Shown: positions 1 to 19,844, counted from the first letter of the stretch. The stretch is DNA of 64,000 nt from the human T2T-CHM13v2.0 reference genome, Homo sapiens (GCF_009914755.1 NC_060927.1), one strand, 5' to 3'. Numbers and translations are program-made. Notes: generated from the sequence alone by a model not told the origin.

Positions 1-343
<343 letters not shown>

Positions 344-614
344 CTAATAAATCTCTGTTGCTTTGCAAGATGGAGAATATAAGCCATTTACCCCTTGTTT
401 TCCATCCCTTACTTACTTTCCCTTACTCTTTCCCATCCGTTTCCTTTTGCTTGGTTGAAGAACAGTGGAAATACATTAACTGTATGTGTGGTTTCGGTAT
501 TTATTGAGATTGAGGATACATGTCAAATAAATCATCCAAACACATCTGCAGCCATTACTAGACATTTTCTTGCACATGTTTCATTTCCTGTTGTTTTGTA
601 AATGACAAAGTTAA

Positions 615-760
615 AAGCAAGATATAGTCAGACTTCCCTAGTTTAAACCCTGAATCTTTCCCTCTGGCATAAAAAGGGGCAATCATAGTACTTAACCCTT
701 ATTAGGTTGAAAAGAATAAATGATGTAATTGACGCAAACGATTTAGCATGGTGCCATTAA
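615..760 (+). mobile_element. MIR fragment
   Basis: Degenerate MIR core/3' motif (aaaaggggcaatcatagtactt...aaatgatgtaat...ttagcatggtgcc). Confidence 0.55.
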
Positions 761-769
761 ATTTTAGTG

Positions 770-1300
770 TTTTGTTTATCAGTTGTTGTATAACAAAACT
801 GTCATAAAACTCTCCCTGATAAGACTTAGCCGCTTAAAACAACCATTTATATTGTTCCTGATTTTGTGGGGTAGGAATTTGGGAAGGACTCAGCTGGGTG
901 GGATCACAACATTCTACATGTCATCAGCTGGGGCAGCTGGGGCCAGAGGAGCCCTTAATTGCCTTCCTCAGTCATATGTCATAAACCTTGGTGGTCTTTT
1001 ACCTCTCTTCTCCTTTCCATTTAGTGTTTCACTCTTTGGGCATTTCTCGGCAAATATTTCTCATAGGCTGGCAATATCAGGGCATTCTCACTTCTAATAT
1101 GGTATTAGCTTCCAAGAGGCAGAAAGTAGAAACTTTCAGGCCCATTTAAGGGCTAACCCTGGACCTAGAATGGCAATCACAGAGTTGAAACAGAATTAGT
1201 GAGTTGAGAAAAAGACTCTAGCTTTTGATGTGGGAGTGGCAAGGTCACATTGCACACAAGTATGGTGGAAGGGACTTTGTGTTACTACCATGTTGGGAAT
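770..1300 (-). mobile_element. MLT1-family (MaLR) LTR
   Basis: tgtataacaaa...cttagccgcttaaaacaaccattt...aggaatttgggaaggactcagctggg is typical of reversed MLT1. Confidence 0.6.
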
Positions 1301-1315
1301 AAGATCTTCCATATG

Positions 1316-1657
<342 letters not shown>

Positions 1658-2151
1658 TTAATTATCTTAAATGAGATTTTTTTTTGCCTACATTCTATCA
1701 TTTTTGGTTCACTCTGTAATTCACCTTTTAAATAAGGATTGACTAAAAACCTTTTATGTGTGGGGCACTCACTGCTCAAGGGAACTATGACTATAGAAGT
1801 AAACATGGTAGATGAGTTCCCTGTTCTTGTGTTATTATTTTTTAAAAATTCCCCCACAGTGTAATAGAAAATGACTGGCATCACAGATTGGGAAAAGGCA
1901 GAGCTGATATTTATTGGAGATAATGGCACTCATTTTTAAAAAAGTGATATTTAAGTTAATAACTAATTGGCAAGAAACCCTTTGAAAATCTTGGTGAGGA
2001 GCATTCCAGGCAGAAGGAACAGAAAGTACCAATGCCCTAAGGCAGGCATAAGCCACAGAGAGAAAACCATGGCTATGGAAGTCAAGTGAGCAAGAAAGCA
2101 ACCAACAGTAGATGAGACTGAAGATGTAGTGAGTAGAAATTATGGAGGGCA

Positions 2152-2587
2152 TGTTGGGAGAAAAGCTGAGTGTTGGGAGAGAAGCTGGGGCAGGGCTTGA
2201 AACATGTCTGGGGGCCAGGGTCTAACACCCCTCGTGGCCTCTGGGATGTGTCTAGACTTTCTGGCTCGTTGCTTCTAGCACTCCCATTATCTCAAGTAGC
2301 CATATGTTTCAAAGAAAATGCTAAACCGTCACAGCTGTAGCTCATTCGCTTGATACACTGCTTCCTTTCAACCCCCACAATCTCACCACCTGGTTCTTTG
2401 TTTGATTACCAATAAATAGCATGGGCTCCCAGAGCTGGGGACCCGCTCCCAGAGCTCGGGGCCCTCACAGCCTCCTTACTAGTGTTGGCCCCCTGGTTCC
2501 ACTTTCTCTCTTGTCTTTTCTCATTCCTTTGACTCGGCTGGACTTCGCAGCCTCCACGACCTGGTGTTGGGTCTGATCACCCCAACA
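2152..2587 (+). mobile_element. ERVK-class solo LTR (LTR14A/B-like)
   Basis: TGTTGGG...CCCAACA inverted termini, an internal AATAAA, and a perfect 6-bp TSD AGGGCA (2146-2151, 2588-2593), the length typical of betaretrovirus-like HERV-K. Subfamily is from memory. Confidence 0.8.
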
Positions 2588-2634
2588 AGGGCAGAGCTTC
2601 TTCATCATGGTGAACATTAGAATTACCTGGAGTG

Positions 2635-2924
2635 TGCTGATGCCTGTAATCCCAGCACTTTGGGAGGCTAAGCCAGGCAGATAACCTGAAGTCAGGAATT
2701 CAAAACCAGCCTGGCCACCATGGTGAAACCCCATTTCCACTAAAAATACAAAGATTAACTGGGCATCGTGGTGGGCATCTATAATCTCAGCTACTCAGGA
2801 GGCTGAGGAAAGAGAATTGCTTGAACCCAGGAGGCGGAGTTTGCAGTGAGCTGAGATCCTGCCACCGCACTGCAGCCTGGGCGACAGAGTGAGACTCTGT
2901 CTCAAAAAAAAAAAAAGAAAAGAA
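2635..2924 (+). mobile_element. AluSx-like, slightly 5'-truncated
   Basis: Alu dimer with a 16-bp TSD agaattacctggagtg (2619-2634, 2925-2940). Confidence 0.95.
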
Positions 2925-4427
2925 AGAATTACCTGGAGTGCTATTTTTTTAAATGTTAACACCCGAGTCTGATTTCAAATAAATTAAGTACTAATATTTG
3001 AACATGTGGCCTGAATATCATTGTTTTTTAAATACTCTAGAGAATTCTATTATATAAACAATGTCAAGAAACATTGAAAAGAATATTTGGGGCCATGATA
3101 AAGAATGTAAAACTTTTCAGATTATTTTCAGTTTGGGTTTACAAAATGTGCACTGGCAGTTCAGATTTTAATTAGAGTAGCTGAGATTCAAGTCATTGGA
3201 AGTCAGATTGAAGAACCGTAACAGTGTTCTCCTTCTTAGTCTTGCTTTGTTCTAGAATTTTTGTGTGACCTTGAGCAACTTATGAAGCCTTCCTTCACTC
3301 CAATTCTTTAAGTTGAAAGTAGTAATAATAATAATAATGTTTTGCTGAGAGGTCACAAATATGCAGTGACAGTAAAAAAAAAAAAAAAAGAAAACATGCT
3401 TTAAAATATTTTAAAAAGAATACAAAACTCTTCTACATTTAATGGGAAGCCATAACAACAATGTTAAACTGAGACAGGGTTGGGAGACGGATATAAAACT
3501 ATTTAGGTTTTAAAAATATTACTGTGGCTGCTGTATAGAACGTATTATAGGGTGTTATAATACAACCAGATAGAAATGAGTAAATAATTTATACTGTTTT
3601 AGACTAACTAGATAGCAGAAATGGAAAAAAAATGGGTACAAATGGGATATATTTCAAAGAATGCTTTTACCTCAATTTATGTCTCTTCCTGTAATACTAT
3701 GTTGTTAAATATTACAGCAGCTAAATTATCTGGTTTCCCCAACTTCAGCCATGCTATGGACAATGTTACAAGTCTTTGTCATTCATCAGTTTTTTCCCTT
3801 TCTCTGAAATTATAGCCCATTTGCTCCTTCTGAGCCAAGTAAGCTGTGTTAAATATCTAGTGATGACTCCTGAGACCCAAGTTCCATTTAAAGTCATTGA
3901 AAGTTTATTCAGAAGGGTAAGAAAATAAAGTAAAAATAAGGGTCAAAATAACACCTGTTTGCATATATTGATTTAATTGAATTCCAGGTAAATGCCTTTG
4001 TGTTAAATCACTTATTTAAAAATATTGGTCCCTATGCAATATATATTTCCCATGTAAATATGCTAACTTTAATTTTAGTAAATGAGTATCACAGTGAGCC
4101 ATGAGAAAGAATATAATTTTAAGTAGCATGAATTATTTTAATAATTCTTATAGAAAAAATTACATATGCATAGATATAGAAAAATAATTAAAATCACTTA
4201 TGCCTCTACCACTTAGAAAATGATGGTTAACATTGTCTAAAACATCTTATTTTGATAAACACTTAAAATTGTGTTCATGATGAAAATCTATATCATCCTT
4301 TTAGAAATTATATTCAATAATTAATGTTTTCTATTTTATTTTACCTATAAGCATTCTATGATAATTAATTGGCTACAAGAGTATTATTTTTAAAATATGA
4401 AAATAATCTCTATATTGTCAGTCATAC

Positions 4428-5915
4428 TGTGTCTGGAATTGGTGTGTTCTTGGTCTCACTGACTTCAAGAATGAAGCCGCGGACCCTCGCGGTGAGTGTT
4501 ACAGCTCTTAAGGTGGCGCGTCTGTAGTTTGTTCCTTCTGATGTTCGGATGTGTTCAGAGTTTCTTCTTTCTGGTGGGTTCATGGTCTCGCTGGCTCAGG
4601 AGTGAAGCTGCAGACCTTCGTGGTGAGTGTTACAGCTCTTAAGGCGGCACGTCTGGAGTTGTTCGTTCTTCGCGGTGGGCTCATGGTCTCGCTGGCTTCA
4701 GGAGTGAAGCTGCAGACTTTTGCGGTGAGTGTTACAGCTCATAAAAGCAGTGTGGACCCAAAGAGTGAGCAGCAGCAAGATTTATTACAAAGAGTGAAAG
4801 AAGAAAGCTTCCACAGTGTGGAAGGGGACCTGAGTGGGTTGCCACTGCTGGCTTAGGCAGCCTGCTTTTATTCTCTTATCTGGCCCCACCCACATCCCGC
4901 TGATTGGTAGAGCCAAGTGGTCTGTTTTGACAGGGTGCTGATTGGTGCGTTTACAATCCCTGAGCTAGATATAAAGGTTCTCCACCTCCCCATCAGATTA
5001 GTTAGATACAGCGTATAGACACAAAGGTTCTCCAAGGCCCCACCAGAGCAGCTAGATACAGAGTGTCGATTGGTGCATTCACAAACCTTGAGCTAAACAC
5101 AGCTTGCTGATTGGTGTGTTTACAAACCTTGAGCTAGATACAGAGTGCTGATTGGTGTATTTACAATCCCTGAGCTAGACATAAAGGTTCTCCAAGGCCC
5201 CACCAGAGCAGCTAGATACAGAGTGTCCATTGGTGCACTCACAAACCCTGAGCTAGACACAGGGTGCTGATTGGTGTGTTTACAATCCCTGAGCTGGACA
5301 TAAAGACTCTCCACTTACCCACCAGACTCAGGAGCCCAGCTGGCTTCACCCAGTGGATCCCGCACCTGGGCGGCAGGTGGAGCTGCTTGCCAGTCCTGCG
5401 CCATGCCCTCACACTCCTCAGCCCTTGGGCAGTTGATGGGACTGGGTGCGGTGGAGCAGGGGGCGGCGCTCGTCAGGGAGGCTTGGGCTGCACAGGAGCC
5501 CATGGAGGGGGTGGGAGGCTCAGGCATGGCAGGCTGCAGGTCCCGGAGCCCTACCCCGCGGGAAGGCAGCTAAGGCCCGGTGAGAAATTGAGCGCAGCGC
5601 CAGTGGGCCGGCACTGCTGGGGGACCCAGTACACCCTCCGCAGCCACTGGCCCGGGTGCTAAGCCTCTCACTGCCTGGTGGCCTGTCAAGCCCACGCCCA
5701 CCCGGAACTCCAGCTGGCCCGCAAGCGCGGCGCGCAGCCCCGGGGTTCCCACTCGCGCCTCTCCTTCCACACCTCCTTGCAAGCTGAGGGAGTGGGCTCT
5801 GGCCTTGGCCAGCCCGGAAAGGGGCTCCCACAGCGCACCCACGCAGTGCCCACGCAGAGGAGGCACCCAGAGCGAGCGAGGGCTATGAGGACTGCCAGCA
5901 CGCTGTCACCTCTCA
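4428..5915 (-). mobile_element. LTR12C/D (ERV9) solo LTR
   Basis: Both termini are present (tgtgtctggaattgg... and ...gctgtcacctctca). It has tandem ctgattgg/agatacagag enhancer repeats at about 4900-5290 and a near-perfect 4-bp TSD (atac/atgc). Confidence 0.95.
4895..5295 (-). promoter_or_regulatory. ERV9 LTR U3 enhancer repeats (CCAAT/NF-Y and GATA motifs)
   Basis: Repeated attgg (CCAAT on the minus strand) and agata units of about 40 bp; this is the known ERV9 LTR enhancer architecture. Confidence 0.7.
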
Positions 5916-6207
5916 ATGCATATTGTAATGACTGACATACCGATCAAGAAAGAGAGTGACAAATATAAAAAACAAGCTATTAAATATATATATTTCTTTA
6001 TATTTTCCCATTTTAATGCAAAATGCAATTTCATTTTTATTTGTATTTTAAGTTACATATTATATATGTTTAGAATGCACATTTATTTTTTGGATATTTC
6101 TAATTCTTTTGGACACTTTACAGAAAATGTTTTCTGATGTCTGATCTAGGACAACGTAAGTCTAACAAGAGATTTAACTTGGCTAAATCAGAATCGTTTT
6201 AATTCCT

Positions 6208-6670
6208 ATGGTAGGCAGCATAATGCCCCACATTCCTGCTTGCCTCAAGATATCTACATTCTAGGGCAAAAGGCGAAAGGGACTTGGCAGAGATGTGATT
6301 AAGGTAAAGATTTTGAGATGAAGAGTTTATCCTGGGTGGGTCTCATGTAATCACAAGAGTCCTACAAGTTAATGGGGAGACAGAAAAGTTAGAGTCAGAG
6401 GCAGAATTGAAGATGCTATACTGCTAATTTTGAAGATGGGGAAAGGGATCACAAGGCAAAGAATGTGGGTGCCTGTAGAAACTGGAAAAGGTGAATAAAT
6501 GGATTTTCCTTTAGAACCTCCACAAAGGAGCACACCTTTGCTAATACCTTGATTTTAACCTGCAAGATCCATTCAGACTTCTGAAATCCAGATCTAAGAG
6601 GTAATACTTTAAAAAAAATTTAAGCTATATTCTTATGGTAATTTGTTACAGCAGCAATCAGAAACTAATG
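6208..6670 (+). mobile_element. MLT1C/D LTR
   Basis: gatgtgattaagg...gtaatcacaagagtcc...aatttgttacagcagcaatcagaaactaat are MLT1 hallmarks. Confidence 0.8.
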
Positions 6671-7090
6671 GAACTCCCTAAGCCCCTTTTGGCTGGGCTG
6701 CCACTTTGAGGTTGTACCAATCAGGCTGGCCTAGAGATGTTAGGGGGAAGAAAGAAACATGCCCAATAACAGTCAGGGCAGAATTCCAAATTGTCATATA
6801 TATAATTTTCAGCCCTTTCATCCTGACCATTACATAGACAGCATAAAAGAGGAGATAATCTGCTTGTGGGACTGGGTGCATTCAGTCATTATACTTCCTC
6901 ACTCAGTGTGTGAACCCCAGGTTGTGCCTGAAATCTCATTGAATTGTTTATTAAGCAGGATGTTCCAATACTCAACAATACCAGATAGCTGTGGATACTA
7001 GAATTGTGGATGGTTTATCAACTCTCTGGACAATCTGCCCATTTTTCAATGGCTCTTGCAATAAAAGGTATAAAATGTTAAGAGTTAAAA

Positions 7091-7628
7091 TAGTAATTAG
7101 TTGCTTAATGACAGGAATATTTTCTGAGAAACGCATCCTTAGACAATTTCTTCAACTGCACACCCAAGCTACATAGTATAGCCTATTGCTTCTAGGATAC
7201 AAATTTGGACACCATATTACTGTACTAAATACTGAGGCAATTGTGACACAATGGTGTTTGGGTATCTAAACCTAGAAAAGGTACAGTTAAAATATGGCAT
7301 AAAAGAGAAAAAGTGCTACACCTGTGTAGAATACTTGCCATGAAAAAAGTTTGCAGGCCTAGAAGTTGCTCTGGGTGAGTCAGTGAGTGAGTGATGAGTG
7401 AATGTGAAGGCCTAGGACATTACTATACACTTTTACACAACTTGCAGAACAGTAGGTTTATTTTCAATAGCATCACCAAAAATGTGAATAATGCATTGTG
7501 CTGTGACATTATGCCAGCTACAGCATCACTAGCAAATACAATTTTTTTAGCTCCATTATAATCTTACGGGACCATCATCACATATGTGGTCTGTTGTTGA
7601 CCAAAATATCATTATAAGAGCATGAGTG
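7091..7628 (+). mobile_element. Tigger3-family non-autonomous DNA transposon
   Basis: gcttaatgacaggaatattttctgagaaacgcatccttag start, an internal gtgagtcagtgagtgagtgatgagtgaatgtgaaggcctaggacatt motif, and a gcatgagtg-TA end. Confidence 0.8.
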
Positions 7629-7859
7629 TACAGTAATATATTTAATAAATATATAATATACAAATATAAATATACTATAGAATACTATAATTATTTTGTA
7701 CTAAATTATATTTATATTACATAATAGTATATTATTATAAACATATTTTTGTACATAGCCAGCATATAGCTGGCTAAACATAAGTCTCTGTTAACAACTG
7801 CCAGAATGAACAAAAGTTTACCAAGTATATATTAGATCTAAACAAAAACAACATAATTG

Positions 7860-8750
7860 TTTAATATTGTAAATATAATGTAAGGATGAAGCTAGAAGAT
7901 AAGTAGTAAATACTGTATGCATTCATACAGCTTATAATAGATGGAAATATGAAAAGTTATCTATGCTGTTAGAAGTCAAAGTAGTATGACTTAGGATAAG
8001 TAGATATTAACAGAGAGCACCAGGGAGCTTATAGGAGAATGATAAAGTTCAGTTTATTAATCTGGATTTAGACTCATGAATGTGCTTAGTTTGTGAAAAT
8101 TTATCTACCTTTATGAAACATACAGTAATCTGTACATATGTTACATTTCAGTAAAAATCCAAGCAAAACAAAATTTTAAAATTAAGTAGTCACATACATA
8201 CAAAACGCACATATGTACATTTGTCTTTCTTAGTTCCGGCCAATGAAAATTTCTGGAAATTATGAATAATCAGTATGAGTTTCCTTGGTATCCAGAATGT
8301 ACTCTTTGAATGACACTTCTCATTGAATGTAATCAGATCTTGATAGAGAAGTGGCTGATTACAATGTGGAAAGCGTAAGAGTAATTGATGACTACTAGCA
8401 TCACAATCAGAGTGCTAAAAGTTCATTTATAGAGTTTCTCATTGGCTAGATGTGGGGCAACTTGAGCAATCCAAAGGAATTCTAAGAGCAATAAATTACA
8501 GTACATAAGATATATAAAAAACATGAGTTTGAAATAAATTTAAAAAGAAAATCTATTTCCCCCACCCCTGCTTTGGAGAAAACAAAGGAAATCAACTAAT
8601 CATCTTGGCAACTGGTAAATATAGGGAAATAAACATGCATTATATTTTTCATTCATGAATTCTGCATTGGGGTAACTAAATAATTGGTGAAGAAAAATTT
8701 GTGTTTATAGAAGCATTCCAGTAATAAATAAAGACAGATTCATAAAATTA
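7860..8750 (+). mobile_element. Old L1M (L1MC/ME) 3' fragments
   Basis: Degenerate L1M 3' motifs (tactgtatgcattcata, atctatgctgttagaagtca, tttgtgaaaatt). Confidence 0.5.
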
Positions 8751-10839
8751 AGAGTGTAAAGTTATCTTGAGATTAAAAAATATAACATTGAGAGCTACTG
8801 AAACAGACAATGTAGAACAAGAATGTGAATTCTTGTGAGGGAGGACTTAAACAGGAATAAAGGGCATGAGAGGGTTAGCCCTGCAGTACTCAAAACAATT
8901 ATTGCCAGAGAGGTTAAGAATGGTAGATGTCCCGGGCACTTTTGAATTATGAAATGATAAAGCCTGAGAGATGTGTGACTTATTTATACAACACGGGTTC
9001 TCTCTTGGCTCACTGTGAAAAGCTAAATCTTATTTTGAGTGTGGATACTCTGACTTCACTTTTATAATAGACTTGAGAACTCAGTGAAAGCCAGAGGTTA
9101 CTCTAAACATGATCCTCCTTACAATTTAGTGACGTTTTATCCCGTTGCACTGGATCATTCTTCATATCTGTTGAGAGTTGTGAGCTGTCGAGTGTGTGTT
9201 CTCCACTGTGATCGTAGTTGATAGACTTGAAAACTTCTGTTGTATTATTAAATCCTCCAGAAAAATTCAGAAGTAATTTCTGATGGGATACATTTTCAAA
9301 CTAAAGTCAATACAAAGTGCCATTAATGTTGACATAGTTCATATTTTAAAGAAACTCAGGTGATATGTAACATAAATTCTCCATATACTCTCTGTATATT
9401 TGTTGACAACTTATAAAAATTGGTTTATTTGCTAATTAGAATCAGATGCATAGAATATTAACTTACCTATTGTGAAACCATTTGAATAATATTTTAATAA
9501 TATTTAAACAATTTATAAAATAGATACTATTATAGTCTTTATCTACTTTTTATTGTCATTTCCATTAATTACAATTCTTGTAACTCAGACCAATTACAAA
9601 ACTTTATGCTTATTTATAATATACTTTATTGCAAATATTAGTATTTAAAATAGGAAAAACATTCTTATTAGGAAACATAACAATAAGTAAGTTTTAGTTT
9701 TTTTTGTGTTTCAACTACTGTGCATCCTGAATGGGGAAAAATGTAATTAGGGTTTTGTTTCAGTATATTTTATTACTTAACATGGGTTTGCCCCATATAA
9801 TTGATCATAATCTGATTATGTCAAATAAAAATAATTGCTTTAAATAAGAGACCCAAGTATGTTGTAACAGCATGGTCATTGAGATTTAGTTTTGAAATAA
9901 ATTTTCAAATCCTATTTTCTGCATTTAACAAGTAAAATAAATTTCTTATATTTGTTTTATAAGGATGATTTTGGCCATTATAGCATTTTGGAAAAAAAAG
10001 TTATTCTAACTTCGATATTTTTTCGAAATAGATTATTTTCAATTATATGAAAGGCCATAAAGAGATAACTGAGTGATGACCATAACCATAGGAATTAAAT
10101 AAACTTGATAACTTACATTTGTTTTATTGCTAACATATTTTATGACTCAACAACATTGCAGTTTTTTCCCTAATTTTTGCAACAAAAAGGAAGTAAAACA
10201 ACAGTTTATTGTGGTAATACCTCATATTGGCCTACTTCTATAAATGGCCTTTAAGCTCTAGGGTAAAAAGGAGAACATTCATGCTTTTAAATTGGATAGA
10301 AAAGCAGTTTCCATCCTGTAGCTGTTGTAGCACATATTGTCAAATAGAGACTATTAGATATATCTAAATGTATTGCTTCTCAGCAAATTATATACACTTT
10401 TTTTGACATGTTTTACCTATGTTGACCTTATTTAGAGTTTTGTTGCATATTTTAGAGATGCAAGTTATTAAATGTTTTCAGTTTCCAATAATGTGATGCA
10501 AGCTCAATGCTGTTTCTTCAACCTGTCAAGTCTCTTAGAATAAAACACAGGGTCACTCTGCATCTGAAAAAAAGAAAATGAAAATAAGGAAGAAAAAAGA
10601 ATTAAGAATTAAGCAATCATGAACAGTTATATTGAGGATAAGTGAAAATATAGAAGACATTTAAAGCATTAAAATCGTGCTATTAACTCTCATAATTTAA
10701 TACCTGAAAGATGCCATTACGTGGTGTGTACAAAGGCAGCTTAAAGGTGGTTTTGTTCTTCCATTGTTTCCACGTTATAGACAGAAATTCCTGTTGCCTT
10801 TGTTACAATTCATTTTTTGTTTTTTGATTTTGCCGTTAT

Positions 10840-10958
10840 ATTTTTTAGAGACAAGGTCTTGCTATGTTGCCCAGACTGGTCTCGAACTCCTGGCCTCCAA
10901 CAATCCTGCTCGACCTCCCACAGTGGTAGGATTAGAGGCGTGAGCCACCCATGCCCAG
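10840..10958 (-). mobile_element. FLAM/Alu left monomer
   Basis: agagacaaggtcttgctatgttgcccagactggtctcgaactcctggcc...gtgagccacccatgcccagc. Confidence 0.85.
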
Positions 10959-12167
10959 CAACAATCAATTTTTTGAATAAATATTGAGTGAAACAGAGCA
11001 AACACCTATAGTGTTCCTCTCTATGTTACAAGGTATTTATACATTTTCTCATTTTTATATATTTATGAATTTTTTAAAAAAATTATAGATGTTCACTGTA
11101 TTATTCCTACTTTAGGGGCTGAGACAAAGGGAAATTTGTTTTTTTATAAAAAATCCTTGTCTCTCTATTTTTATGCTATAATTACAATAATTAAAAACAA
11201 TGATCATTTTATTAGATTGGTTAATTCATATTAAAAAGAATAATCAAGGGTTCTTCACATTATTTTCTATATAATAATTAGTATTGTATTTTTCCTAAGT
11301 TCTGATCCATGTTTCTGTATAGTTACACTTAAACAATGTCAGTTGCATTCCACTTTATATAAATTAATTGCTCAACTTCTACTCATAATTGCAAAACTAG
11401 CCCTACTAATTTTATCATTGCTTATATTGCTTTAGCTAGTTCAAATAATTAACATCACTTCTGATTTTATTGTATTTTCTAAGCTATGAGACATTCCATT
11501 GCTGGCAAACTTAATAATAGTGCCAGTGGCTTCATCATCTAATTTGAAGACAACTAACCTTTCAACTCTGAGACGAATGTTTGCTCTACCAGTAATCACT
11601 GTAATCTCTACGGAAATACTTTCTTATTGAACTTTTTCCTGAATGATGTACTCTTGGTTCCCATAGGTTTTTCTTTTATTTTCTTTTTCTTCTGGGAACT
11701 TGAACCACACATCTCTTGAAAGTCAGTGGGGGTATACGCTCACGGGATGTCAGCCACCAGCAGTAGGTGAACTTCCATAAGAGTTCATTTATTGTAGTAT
11801 TAGCACACATATTTCCACATTTTTTTATGTTGGCTAGCTTCACATTCCAATGTAGATAACTTTGTTCTGATCACAACTCAACATGAAGGATGCAGAAAAA
11901 GAGCATGCATCTCTCTCCATCATGAAACAATTATAACTTAGTTCTAAATATAATTCCTTAAATGTATGAAGATTTTTTTTTAAAGGAAATCTGAAATATT
12001 GCGTTATACATACACTCATTTCTTCTTAAAATATGGTTGTCAAAGAGAGCCTTGAGAAAATGTAGCTTATCCAAGCTCAACTAGGTATTTTTTTGTTGGT
12101 GGTGTTTTTTTTTTTTTTTCAATTAAATATTCTAAATCCTTGATGGCTGTTTTAAACACATTGCACT

Positions 12168-17680
<5,513 letters not shown>

Positions 17681-17710
17681 CATCACTTTGCACCATGTCT
17701 GATGGTTCTA

Positions 17711-17790
17711 TAAGGTTGGTGCAAAAGTAAATATCTTTTTTGCCATGACATTTCAGGCCAAAACAAGCAACTACTTTTGCACCAACCTAG
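17711..17790. mobile_element. MADE1 (Hsmar1-derived MITE)
   Basis: 80-bp palindrome with TIRs aggttggtgcaaaagta / tacttttgcaccaacct, flanked by TA on both sides. Confidence 0.92.
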
Positions 17791-18481
17791 TAGATTGTCT
17801 CTACATAATGGTTTTCATATTAATGGTCTAAATTTCATTTTTCATTATTACAACATAAAATCAAAATTATAATTTTAAGGCTTTTACATTTGTGGAAATA
17901 TATATTTTTCTATCAGTTATTTTATTTGTGTTTATATTAAAACATCTAATAGGTAGAGATAACTCTTTTTATTTTCCTTGGGTAAGAATTTTGCCTTATG
18001 AGAATCTGTGAATCAGTTGTTCTAATTTCCCCTTCCTCATATTTTGACAGAGTTAGCCGAATACCTACCATTTACATGAAGCTTGCTGTGAATAATCAAC
18101 ATCCTTTGAATGAGACCCATTAGTCTCTCTTCTCTATTCGTTTTAGAATAGTTTTTTTCCAATAATCAACATTTTTATTGTTATTTCATTGACACTCAAC
18201 AGATACAGAGACAAAATAAACAGAAGATCTGTAAACACTTTTTCCAACCCTTGGAAAGTAGATGCAGTATTTTTCATGTATAGGTTGTAAATTCAAATTG
18301 GAGGTTGCACTGGAAGGTAAGAAGAAGTTGAAGCATTTTCAAAAATAAAGTTTGTTATTGAGCCTTGTGTCTAAAAGTATTTAAGTGCAGAATATCATCA
18401 TTAGTGGTAGTACTATTATTTTAATATGTGCTAGCAACAACAACAATACATTTCCATAAGCTTAAATCTGCCCTTAGTTAT

Positions 18482-18825
18482 TGTATTAGCTGGGGCTGTC
18501 ATAGCAAAATACCATAGACTGGGTGGCTTAAATAACACAAATCTGTATGTATACAGTTTTAGAGCCTGGAAGTACAAGATTAAGGTGCTAACAGGGTTGG
18601 TTTCTAGTAAGGCCTTTCTATTTGATTTGTAAGCTGCCTTCTTGCTACCTCCTCATATGACCTTTTCTCTCTATGCATGGAAAGAGAGATCTGGTATCTT
18701 CTCCTCCTTAGAACGATACCATTTCTATAGGATTAGGGTCCCCTGTATGACCTAATTTAAAATTAATTATTAATATCTCCTTAAAGACCCTATCTCTAAA
18801 CACAGTAACATTGGGGGTAGGCCAA
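18482..18825 (-). mobile_element. MLT1A/B-like LTR
   Basis: tgtattag...aaaataccatagactgggtggcttaaa...ggattagggtccc...aaagaccctatctctaaa. Confidence 0.8.
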
Positions 18826-19844
18826 CCCTTAATTAGTGAATACCTTGTTGCAAAATTTATTTTAAATCAATGTTGTACTGTTAAACAAGACCAAAATAGA
18901 AAACAAAGTTTAATTTATCAAATGTATAGTGTTAAGTCACCTAATTTAGTAGAGTCAATGAGAGTCTGTAATTTATGACATTGTATTAGGGAAATGAGAC
19001 TTCAGTTTGTTCTACGGACAACAGTCAGTTGAGAGGAGCCCCATAAACAATCCGAACCTTGGTCAAAAGTGACCGTGCAGCATACATCCATCCTAAGTAG
19101 GCATCCTTAGAACTACCTCTGGTTCTGTGGCTTTGAGAAGGATATTAGTATGGGACCCTAGGCAGCTGATCAGAGGCCCCATGATATTTGGCCCTGTGAT
19201 AAGATATACTCTTCCTATGTGGAGGAGTTGAGGTAGTTAGTACAATTTTTTTTTCTTGTTTGTAGAACTTACAAGTCACATTTTCCCTATTTGAACTGCC
19301 TCGTATTAAAGGATGCTTAATTTGACATCACGGTATGGGTGTGCTAGGAGGAATAGAACTAAGAACTCTGTAACCCACTTTACAATAGCCCATATGTCTG
19401 CTACTACAATAAATCAAGGACATGAACAGAGATACATAGGAGTGGATTTTGTAGATAGAACCATGAGGCTTGGTTCTACTGCTCACTACTTATGTTATCT
19501 CAGTTTTATATCTGCAAAAACAGAATATCATTATATCCACCTGATTAAATTGAGGATTAGAAATAATGTCCAAAGTACAGTAGCTTGACAAAGACAATAA
19601 TGGTTGTTATTATCCTTTATGTGGTATTATTGTGAATCAGAGTATCATTTTAGAATTGTACTCTAGACTAGAATTTTCTTGAGGGTAAGCGACGTGCTTA
19701 AGTATTTTTCATTCTACATTAGTCTTGTTACAATCTTATTCAATGTGATAAATATAGTAATCAGGCAAAAACAAACTAAAAAATTCCTAACACATTGGTT
19801 TTCTTTCTGCATGCTTTATCAATTGTATTTTAGGTGACAGTACT

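Noticed and set aside
4480-5300. Regularly spaced repeats resembling a CRISPR array
   Set aside because: These are the internal tandem repeats of the LTR12, with no unique spacers, in eukaryotic DNA.
5264-5935. Cluster of GC-rich overlapping ORFs or a CpG-island gene start
   Set aside because: It lies entirely within LTR12 U3, where high GC suppresses stop codons.
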